64,000 nucleotides of DNA. It comes from Tubulanus polymorphus (Eukaryota > Animalia > Nemertea). The notes below the pieces were generated by a model, which saw only the letters and a program-made list of their open reading frames with translations, made no database searches and was not told the DNA's origin. Below, one piece after another: positions 52,943 to 64,000 of the stretch (position 1 is its first letter; the number at the start of each line of letters is the position of its first letter). The stretch covers positions 1,364,001-1,428,000 of the forward strand of contig NC_134029.1 of assembly GCF_964204645.1 (NCBI RefSeq), written 5' to 3'. Made by a program: the position numbers and the translations under genes.

Positions 52943-53186
52943 CAGGGCAGATCCAAGGGGAGGGTGCAGGGCGTGCGCATACCCCCTAAAACTTTACGGC
53001 AGAATGAAAAACATAAAACTGATACCTAAAAACGTTTCAATTCATAAGCTTGTTCTGTTCTTCCAACAATAACTACCGACCCTTCCCAATGAGTTTTTAT
53101 TCGGGTGCCCTTTTAGTTATATGATAATAAACGTGCCTTACTGAATGGGTACCCCCTCCCTGAATTAGACCCTGGATCCGCCCCTG
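52943..53186. mobile_element. hAT-like MITE (TIR CAGGGGCGGATCCAGG)
   Basis: Left end cagggcagatccaagggg, right end ccctggatccgcccctg. Solo right ends at about 22910-22925 and 25842-25856. No convincing 8-bp TSD. Confidence 0.55.
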
Positions 53187-54885
53187 CTAAGTGGGAAACG
53201 GGAATCATCACCTGTTCACATATTCATATGATATAAACCCGTCGAGCATTTCTATAGTACGTGTGATACGTGTGAAAACCCTCAATTTCTAATCGATTAG
53301 GGCCGCCATGACTACCACTCACTCTATCGGCTTCGTGTTACAGCCAGCGCGACTTTTCCAGTATATTTAACACACGTGGCTATAAAAATAAATCATTTTT
53401 ATCTATCGTACACGACACTAGCAATGCGTTTAGGGTGTAAAGATCGGTCCATAACCTTAGAAACATATCGGGGCCATTCACCGATATATTGAAAATACGG
53501 ATTGTGGACTCGGACTAAAGCAAACTAAGTATTTGGACTCGTCGATTGTTGCTTGTGAATACGGCGTCGTCATAGATTGGGGGCGAACCGTTTCACCGAT
53601 ATTGATGAGACACGGAAAAAACGATAATTCTAAAAATCGCTAACATCAAAAACTAAAACACATGTTTTCCAAGATGCAAACTATTCGGTATTTTTCCAAC
53701 TTCCACCGGCTGTATCCATCGTCAAAACACGAAGAAAAGAAACTTAAATCTGATGAGAAAAGGAAGCTATAAGACTAAAGACTAATAATCGACACAAACA
53801 AATGCAATACAACCAAAAATTTCCTCAAAATTTCATGCAATGCATTTATTGATTTACAACGCGAATCTTAGCGATTGAGAGGAGGGCAATGGCCGACATC
53901 CCGCTCTTGTACGAAATCGATTTGAATCTGATTGCGGTCAATATGTGATTCGTCTGGGACATTCTGTAACTATTAGGAAATAGAGGATCAAATTAACATG
54001 GACTTGGATTCACTTTAGATTAGATTCATCATCATTGTAGAGAGTAAAACCCTTCGGCAAGAAATGTTATTAACATGGAACATTCCATGCATACTCTTAG
54101 TACTTCTGTTTACATAAAATCAATAACACTGACCCTAAGACGCCTTATTTGATGATAGTCCCGAGACGGTATCATACACAAACTAGGAGCCACAAACGTG
54201 ATCTGGACAGAACTGATTTGTTTCGGCTTAGTTATCAAATATTGGTACATCGAATTTCAGAACTTTCATCTATATTTGCACAGAACCACAATTCAAATCG
54301 ATGTTTGTATATTATGTAAACATACCGTGTCATCTGGGCCCGCGTATAGACATTGACATTCAGACTGACATTCAACATTGAAAAATAGACCGTATTCGTT
54401 TCCCTACAAACTCTCCCCATGTCCTGCTACTAATTGAACGCTATAAAAACACAAGGACTTCTGCGATATCTAAATGTCAACAGGAACCTCAACTCGTCAA
54501 CGTTTCAGTCTCGTAAACTACTGCAACTGAGTATAAGCAAACTATCTCAAAATCCTAATAATATGATAATTTCATAGCCATTAGAATCGGTCATATCTAC
54601 CAAAGTATCAGGTCTTATACAACGCGTAATAGTCGACGATATATCCATATCTATAAAGCATAATAACGCGGGTAGATGTGCGCGATATATCCAACCAATC
54701 TCAACATCACTTCATTTCTATTCCGTAGTATCTGATAATACAAACGAAGCCAATGTTTTCATGGTTATAATGTACGCAAAAGAGAGTATTGCCGATAATG
54801 TTGTTTGTACTGTTTTGAGTGAAGACAAGTACATGAGAGTCATAAGCACTGGAAATTAAAAGCAATATGTACTACCATAACACGA

Positions 54886-55106
54886 GAGAGGGAGAGGGAG
54901 AGGGAGAGGGAGAGGGAGAGGGAGAGGGAGAGGGAGAGGGAGAGGGAGAGGGAGAGGGAGAGGGAGAGGGAGAGGGAGAGGGAGAGGGAGAGGGAGAGGG
55001 AGAGGGAGAGGGAGAGGGAGAGGGAGAGGGAGAGGGAGAGGGAGAGGGAGAGGGAGAGGGAGAGGGAGAGGGAGAGGGAGAGGGAGAGGGAGAGGGAGAG
55101 GGAGAG
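54886..55106. repeat. (GAGAGG)~37 hexanucleotide repeat
   Basis: Uninterrupted homopurine run. Confidence 0.97.
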
Positions 55107-58100
55107 ATGATGATTAATGTGAAGATTTAAAGATTTGTACATAAGGCAAATACACGATAAGTTCGTATGTTATCAACTTCCTCTAGGCCTATGTTAAATC
55201 GATGCGATATATTGACGAAACGTCAAATTCTTAAATTCCTCGAAATCGAACTTTGAAAGGTAATTCGAACAACAGTCGGGTTACGTTTGTTTATTTGTTT
55301 CTGATTTATGTCGTTCGGATCTCGGTCCCAAAACTAACCCTATTGGATCGGAACACGGCCTTTGACATGTTGCCCGCACACTGTGAGCAGTCAGCAGGAC
55401 TCGAACCCGCTTGTCACTAAGTACTGATAGTGAATGCAACAGTATCACACTTTCGTCGTTTTGTTGATAGAGCAAAGTAAATCAAAAAGAATTTTAAAAT
55501 ACGAAAAAATAATGATAAAAGTAACGTATAAATTTCTCCCAAAAGTAATGGTAAAAAGTGAATTTTTTTAAACTTGCACAAAGCGGTAGCGAATTAGTTA
55601 TAGATATTGACTATATAAAATAATACAAGGTTTTTTGTATAATAAATTCCGCGAGTTCGAATTAAAATGATAGAAATAGCGGAAAAAAACTCGTGAAATT
55701 TATCACAATCTAACATAGAATTTAATATCGTTCATCACCTCGATTTGCATGACAGTTTTTACTGATCTGAGTGACTTAACAGACTGGAAACCAAGTCCGT
55801 AAATCATTACAGGCCGTAATTAACTGGATCTAGTTTCACAGTTACGAGTTTTGACATATTGAAAATGAAATGATTTTCACTCGACTCACAACTGTAGAAC
55901 TGGATCCTACATGTTAGCGTTAACCAATGTGAAAAACGAATTAATGAATACAAAATATATAGGTTATTAATACGAGCTAGTATGTCGTAATGTATTTTCA
56001 TCTATAATTAATAAATACATCCTCTATACACGAGCTATATGAGGCGTGTCTCAAATAGCCGGTCTTCTCATCCAAATATATATGTTTTCATCATACACAG
56101 TCTTATGATGATTGACGTCAATTATTTATGTATGAAATATGTGAAGTTAGTTGTTGTTTTACTTACCCAGTATCCATGCTTTAGTCTTAACCGCTACTGC
56201 AGTAGACACGTGATATTATAGGTATATATACCTAATATACATTCTTTGTATAATGAGGATTTTTCTCGGTGACCAATTGAATGGGCCCCGGTATTTCATC
56301 CTACCGCTATTCGAATTTAAAACGAAGCGAATGGACTGAATTTACCGCCTAGAATTTCGAGGTTCCGATCGGGTTACCTCAAGTTCTAGCCAATAAAAAG
56401 GATCGATTTACCCCGTAGAATATTTCAAAATCGGGCCTACGCCGAATGTCATGTTTTCATTGCGGGTAAGTTGAGAACAGGGGTTAGGACTGTACGCGAG
56501 TGTGCACTGCAGTAGTGGTTATAGACACAATAAGAGCATTGCCGCAGCCGGAAGCCGTGAAGAAACGTGTAGACACAGCGAAAAAGGAGGATAACAAGAA
56601 AAGGAGATAATTACCCGTACCCGAGTATAGTCCTTGCATACTTTTCCTTATGTTCCATGAGAACATTATAAATGCCAAGGTCATGATAACAAGCTCAGAC
56701 GGCATAGTGCATAATATCCTAACCCGCAATCATCACCATCATCAACATAATCGCCATCGACCTCCTCCGCCTCCTCCTTTATACTATTCTAGATGGAATA
56801 CATCGTTACCGTTGCTGTTCCGGCGAACTGCGCGATGACCGTTACGTTTGAATCCGACTGTGGGAATCCGTGTACCGTACGATGGTTGTATAGTGATGGT
56901 GTTTTCCCAGCGGATCAGTGGACCGACGGCGATATCGTTTCGCTTCCAAAAATAACAATAATGATAGCAAATCTTCTCTGCGACGCTGAGCGCCGATAAT
57001 GAAAGAAATCCACAGATTCTGCGATATCCGTGTATCCAGTTTCCAACTCCCAATCAATCAAACGCGACCGAACCAGCAGCGGAGAACGATCGCCGCCGAT
57101 CGAGTAGAAAAAAATGTTTATTCCGCGGTAGCTATGGCCAATAAGTCTTCAAACTCGGTATGAGATATTGCGGAGTCTGTATAATCACTGTGATACGTCA
57201 TTAGTATGAACGCGGGCGGCGCGTTCCTTCAGCGAGTACCGCCATTCTTACCAGCAGAAGAAGCTTACTGGAGCTTCATCGCATCTTACACCGTAACGAC
57301 AAAGCGAAATATATAACGGTGGTGATAGCCGTATAGCACCTTCCGCCGCGAGGAACTGTGCAATCTACTCTTATTGTTAGTAACTTAACGACATTCGTAA
57401 ATCAATGAAAGCTATGTGAAAGGTGTTTTCCTCTACTACTGATGATAAATTAAATCCAATAAAAATTTCAACCGTCACATAAACACTTCCAGCAGCAGCA
57501 GCGGTAGTACCAGTAGCGCATATACGCCTATCGAAACTTGACGGTATCGAGAAAAAAGAGCGTTGGAAATACGGTCGTTTTGTAAAAGCGTCGATATCGC
57601 AGTGAATCGGTGATCACGGTGACTCCTAGTGTGTATGTGACGACTATAAACAAGCGATACGGGTGAGGGTTAACGTGCAGAGCGAGGACTAACAGGTGTT
57701 TCCGTGTAGGGCGGTTAGCGACAACTACAGCGCACCAATCTCTCTCTCTCTCTCTCTCCCTCTCCCTATTTCTATCTATCTATCTCCCTCCCTCTCTCTC
57801 TCTCTCTCACTCTATCTCCTCTCCGCGTTCATCTCTTGACTCTTCGACCGACCGTCACTGTGAATTTATGAATGCGTGTAAAGATTTGGATGACACGAGA
57901 GCTGGAGCAATGATGGATGAAAAATACCATAAAACTTGTACCGACGAATAAATATATAAAACGTGAACGGAGTTTACATTATCTTTTCCACTATTGCTCT
58001 GAGGCGTAGTAGTAATAAATTCCACATTAAACCCGAACGCTTTTCGACAATATCTGCTTAAGATATTATCACGAATTCCACGCGCGGTATTGGATGACAA

Positions 58101-61100
58101 TAATTTACGATATAAAGCTATTTGTTCCACGTTAAGACGTGTTTTTAGCCTATTATGTAACGATTGAATTTCATTATTTCTGACAACAAACGTTGACTCT
58201 ATCGAAATCCGAATTGAAGTTAAGAATTTGTTATCGAATTATGAAAATAGCCTCGATATTAGCCGAGGTTGTTGAGTATGGAACGAAAATATTTTCAGAT
58301 ACGTTTATATACATAACACGCTTCTGAATAAGTCTAAGATTTCCTTCATTAATTCTTGTAAATATTATCAAACTTTTCCTCATCAACTTTCCACTGGTCG
58401 TATAAATGATCAACCTGTCTGACCATGAGTTCGATTAGAAAAAAATTGTGACAGTTTTGAAAATGGCTCATAGCAATGAGTCAAAATAGTTATTCTTCGT
58501 AATTGTGGGATTTTTCTTCAATTGAATTATACACGGTGATTTGTCTATGGAATTCTGGAGCAATAAACTGTGGTTGTTTGATAATACCAGCACGCTGAGT
58601 TGTGTGTGAGTTAAAGTCTAGTCGTATTTTCATTATGTTTCGTTTATCTTTGCCCGGAGCCTTCCTTCCTCCTGTCAAACTGTTCGGTAATTAATTCAGT
58701 GCATAAACACTGCACACTCTTTCATAACACTGCAGTGCCTGTCTCAAGGACAAACTTGATGACACTCTTCTAACAATGACGATTCCTAACGAAGCAAGTC
58801 TGTATCGCAATCATGTTCGAATATAATTCGCAGATATAATTCATCAGGGAAGAACCGTTAGACTCTTAGTTTCTTCAATAGAAAACATCGAACGGATCAT
58901 TCTCAAATTTACCAAATATCTCACGTATAAGTCTATTTAATTTCCCTTACGTCGCCATAATCCCGCATTACCATATTTTTCACGGCACTTTTCGCTGATG
59001 CCGGATATCATTGATGGATGTGTGATTTGATAAATGATGGACAATTTCATTAGCGAGAGAGGAGAAGCTTTTTGAAATATTGAATCGTGATAACCGGACG
59101 TCCGGTTTAAGACGCCACCTGCATCCTGAAGACACAATGTCCAGACTACGCGAGATATGTCTCCTGCTCAACCGGGGCAAAATATCATTCATATTTGATG
59201 AAGTGCTCACGCGCTGTCTGGAATATCTCCACTCTCCTGGTGGTCGTAATGAACTGTCCCCAGAGATGTGAATTTAAGGCTCGCGCTATATCGTCGTCCG
59301 TCTAATTAATACATGTACGAACGACTGAACGTCGTCATTAGAATACGATTATTACAAGGTTTTAAACTGATTCATACGATTTCATCAATTGCGATTAAAT
59401 CTCAATGAAGCGTTATCAATACCGTCCATACAGGACCCGATTCCAAAAGTTGTCGGTTCCAATTTTACTCTTTGCCAATGATACACTTCAATGTAAACAA
59501 AACAATTCAGTAAATTCAACTGACCATTCAACTATATATGTACTTCGATTTCCGATTTAGAAATAGAGCCTCCTGTTTCGCTCCCGATGGTGTGGTGGGG
59601 TCACACCAGATAAGTTTGAAATCAAACCAATAAAATAAGAATAGATAAGGAGACAATCACCGCTATCTCAAGATAGAAAAATAGTTTCATTTTTCAGTCA
59701 CATCTTAACCGAAAACTATAGAGAGCATCCACCAGGAAGCTACGGTTGCGGTAGTCAGGATGAAAGAAGAGAATATCTAAAAATTCTATATTTTCTCAGG
59801 CGCATAATCATTCATAACACCATCATTGTGTATGCGGTCTTTTTCAGTGTCACTGATTCATCGGGTGCAGATGCTTTTTTCTGCTTTTATTTCCACGTAT
59901 ATTCGATGTCGTCGCCTTCTCTAAGACCTCGGTTGTCATCATATCGAAACCTATTGCATAGATGGGGGTGTCATTTCAGTCAAAGTACACGTCACTCCAG
60001 TCGCGATGTCACTGAACTCCATAGCGGTTTCGCAAAAAAAGAAACTCCGAAGCCTGAGCGGTTTCGTATAAAAGACCATCGAATTGCGACAAATTGCGAC
60101 AACATGTTTTCAGGTTTTTCTGTAAATACCGGTCAAGATGCAGCTACACTCAAATAACCACTCTACTTACAAATAGAATGAGCAATATCGTCATACATTG
60201 AATAGAAATAGTTTATATAGGGCACACGAGTGCTCCGATAGAAATTGTTCCGACGATACATAATCTATGTTGCAAAATAAATGTTAAGACTGATGACGCC
60301 ACGCACGAGCCACTAGTCTGATAGACTGTTTTAATATCATCACGTTCAGGTGGACACAACACTCCACTTCAAACCTCTAGTTCACACTAACGGCTAAGTA
60401 TGGCTTCCCACACCAGAACGGGCTGTATGTAAATTAGCAAACCGCCAAAACCAATTATCTATCAGTATTTATTCAAGCCGAGTAAAAGGTCGATTGTGGA
60501 TTGGGTGTTCAGGTATCCGCCATGAAAATCGGTCTTCATAAATAATTCTATTGCAATTATTGAAGCGTCAAGTTGGCGTCGATTGATTCGTTCCTGTAGC
60601 ACTAAGTATCATTCACAGTTTTTACTCAATTTACTCACGCGACCACAAACCGTGAGACCAAGGTTAGAACTGATAATTGAAAACTACTATTCACGTCGGC
60701 TTCCGTTCCATCAAAGAAGCCCCCATCCCCAGCATTAAAACGACAGTCCCGAATGAATCACAAGAACACTGTATGTAGTACGTGTTGGTTTAACGTGGAA
60801 GAAACTAACACCTGTTTCTGATTCGGAATCGAAGTCTAGAATGGGTTTACGTAATAAATGTTATAAAGATCCATCCGCGCTGAAGCTGTTCCAGGAATCA
60901 GCATTCGATTATTGCAAGGGCTCGTATTTGAAGTTTGGGGGTAAATAGTAGCTTAGGTTTTTGCATGAATACTCATGGAGTGTTGCGGGTGTTTTTCGTG
61001 AAGACTTGTCACTAAACCAGGAGAATTCTGTACGTCGAATGACTATAGTTGTATGACGTCTATCACTAGATCCTAAACAGCGCCTTTTAATCATCGGGTT

Positions 61101-61346
61101 CGTTTTAATTACAGAAAATTCTAAAGGATCAATTCCATTGAGGAAAATATTCCAATCTGTTGTTACGAGTTGTTTATGACTTGACGTTATGCGAAAAAGC
61201 CATAAAGCTCACTCGCCACAGTCGCTTTCTTTCATGATTCGTCGAGCTCCACCCCTAAAATCATTCACCTAAATTCCAGTATCAGCAGTTTGGAATTCAG
61301 TGTAATTAGAACCTATGAAGGTTGCGTAATGCGTACACTAACCTAC

Positions 61347-61421
61347 CTGTTATACCTTTCATCTTCTTAACGATGACTCATTCATTTTTAACAACTTACC
61401 TAAAACGAGAGAAAAAAAAAA
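61347..61421 (-). other. Candidate recursive splice site (ratchet point) with 53-nt cryptic exon
   Basis: The minus strand reads ttttttttttctctcgttttAG|GTAAGT (junction 61400/61399), and a second donor CAG|GTAGGT lies 53 nt downstream (61347/61346). Confidence 0.5.
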
Positions 61422-62272
61422 TGACGGTAAAGCATCGATCATAAGGAAAGAAAAAATATCAAAAAGTAACGTTTCGACAAATGCGCGCAGAGAGTTCACT
61501 GAAACTCGAAACATCTTTTCAAGAACAATATTTTTTGTTAGTTTTCCAGTTTGAAGATCTAACGCGTCTATTGCTTTATATTGTCGACCATCGGTACAAA
61601 TAATACAAAATAAATCATAAAGGATCAATTAAGTTGTTTTAGATTTGGATATATCGATAATTGAATTGATTTGACCGGCAACCAGTCCATTCTCGATATA
61701 GTGATGACATAGCGCACATCCTCTCAGAAAATACTTGTTGAAATTCATCAAAAATAAAATGTATTTGATTACAAAACGAACGCCGAAATACATAACACTC
61801 GTAATCGTTATTTTGAAACGCCAATATCGATGACGTAGTGCACATCGACTCACACAGAACCCCTTGAATAATGCATACTAGGAATCAATTTATATAAACA
61901 TTATTGTTACGGTTGTTACGGTTTCAAAATGAATGAAACCAGGACTGGTTGGCTTCATCAATGATGCCATCTAGCGATGAAGCTTATTGATGATACGGAG
62001 CAAGTTTTCCGTTGTCGCCATCTATCACTGTCTCACACAACAAGTATCAAAGTATTTTCTGGAATAACTCAAAACCTTCTCATGAAAGCAAGATCAATTT
62101 CGTCAATTTCTTTGCCGTTTTCAAAACTCTAGTCACGAATTTCTGAAACACACAAATCCGTGAAGGATACAGTGTCATGGAAATACCCAATTTAGTCACC
62201 CATAATAACCCATCATGAAACATTGTCTGTTAGAAAAATTAAGTTCAAAAAAAGTGTCCATTAGTTTTTCAG

Positions 62273-62314
62273 TTTATTCCTGAAGATGGCTATGATGTCG
62301 AAACGTTGAATAAA
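62273..62314 (+). ncRNA. Minimal type I hammerhead ribozyme (Penelope-like), intact
   Basis: UUUAUUC-CUGAAGA-U-GGC(UAUGAU)GUC-GAAA-CG-UU-GAAUAAA: stem I 7 bp, stem II 3 bp. Downstream sequence (..tgtgggatt..) is related to the 15.4-kb family. Confidence 0.8.
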
Positions 62315-64000
62315 ATACTGACTCAAGGAAACATTTAATTCTTACTGTGGGATTATATATAATTATCTACACACGACCGTCTCCCTGATTCAATAATCTG
62401 ATGTTACTGATTGTTCATAGATAGCGCAGTGGAGTCCAATATTCTGCGTATATCCATCTCAAAGATGTATCATCGACCATGTCTTATACTATAACTCCAA
62501 AACGTTTCTTTTCAGTGAACAAATTGATAACATAATATGTAGACATCGTTAGACAAAAGATGGCGTGTATTTGTTTCAAAGAACGGGCACAAGTATCTAA
62601 TAGAAAAAAATTCGATCGTCGAAAATTTCATTTTCGTATAATTTCACGCTGACGCGTCCGGTCTAATCGTGACTCTTCGTCACTGAAATTAGACGTCACT
62701 AATGACGTAATTTGTTCGCGATCGCGGCCGACGCCGGAAGCGACCGGGTTCTACGGACTCGGATTTAATACGAATAGTTTACATTCCGCTGAATTAGATT
62801 CTAGCGAGTGAAAACATCGGTCTTCTAAACATTCCACAAATTGACCGCTTTGATTACTCAACAAATATCCTCTCGATCAGAAATATACGCTTCCGCTCCG
62901 ATAGAATTTGCAATAATAATTGGTTTTTGCCCCAGAGCTAAGAAACTCATCCATACTGCTTGCGCTGCTGTTGCTGCTGCTGTTGCTGCTGCTGTTGAGG
63001 TCTTCACTAATCGAATCGGTGCCATCTACATAATACGTTACGATTCCTCTTCGATAAGTTTCTATAATAATTTAACTATCTTTTCTAATTCTTATCAGTG
63101 ATAAGTTTTTTTTTGTGTGGTACTTTTATGTCGCAGTTCAGTTGTTCACGTCATATTTTCATTCTAATTCATTGTTCAACACATTCGTCGTATGAGATTC
63201 TATTTTCTGTTATTCAGGCACAATCATTGTATGATTCTTTGCTGAAAACATTTTAAACTTTAATGTTCACCAAACGACATCCGTACATAATCAACCGTCT
63301 CTAAATCGAGCTAATTACCGCTATGCACGGGTTAACACTGAACCATCCATTTCGATAATGAAGACATGCGTTTCAAACGTGTTGGAAAAGCCTTACTTCG
63401 GAATTAAGCACTGCGTTCTTTTTAACGCAGCTGTGAGTTGAAAATGGACACTCGTATTGTAAGGGCCACTTCGGAACAGCCCTGCACTTCATTTTCATTG
63501 TATCGACCATATACGAGATGTTAAGTGGCAGAAAACGTCTTTCGTGTATATCGTTATCACACCAGACCTCAGTAGAACATCGTGTCAATATTGCCTCTAC
63601 TAATCCACACCAAAGACGCGCGAGTGCTATCGACAATTGCCCTCGACATAAACCATAACTAAAGAGGTCTTTGACATTAACGAAGCAACTCAAACGGTGG
63701 CTGAAAACTTATATATCTATATACAATTCTAGCAGTTCCTACTCGACAATTTCATAACAGACATCACGAGACTCTGAAGATAAGCCATGCACTCGTCTCC
63801 GCTATTCTCAAAACGTCTTGCGTCTTGTATCGGTTTTCGTAAAGAACCTTCCTTCCCTTTGAGGACTAGGTCTATTTTCTTGTCGTACATGATCCGATGT
63901 TTTACCGACACGAAAACGAAATATCTCATTTTATTCGTATCTTTGAATTCAAGTTTCATCGCCGGCCAGTTTTCCGTCGTTGAATACAGTAACGATCTCG

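Noticed and set aside
56793-56999. 68-aa plus-strand ORF with protein-like composition
   Set aside because: No recognisable motif or supporting exon structure.

Overview
AT-rich, intron-rich animal genomic DNA, probably from a protostome invertebrate. The one clearly recognisable gene is a minus-strand non-alpha nicotinic acetylcholine receptor subunit of the insect beta1 / nematode lev-1/unc-29 type. It has five coding segments (44086-43880, 38703-38659, 36523-36414, 34242-33225, 32406-32227) with canonical GT-AG junctions, giving 519 aa. Downstream on the same strand is the probable start of a second membrane or secreted-protein gene: a signal-peptide exon at 10744-10652 that the ORF track misses, and a candidate TATA/Inr promoter with a non-coding first exon near 20.2-20.4 kb. 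The rest of the window is non-coding, with many short repeats: PIF/Harbinger-type MITEs with CWG target duplications, hAT-like MITEs, LINE remnants, and mini- and microsatellites. The most notable non-obvious signals are (1) about ten minimal hammerhead-ribozyme motifs in Penelope-like repeats, two with intact core and stems, (2) a 340-bp element with a 9-bp TSD whose roughly 100-bp terminal inverted repeats are tRNA-like, (3) a candidate recursive-splicing site with a 53-nt cryptic exon at 61.4 kb, and (4) a possible alternative first exon for the receptor. Most other ORFs in the track are spurious or reflect microsatellites. All calls were made by eye; no searches were run.
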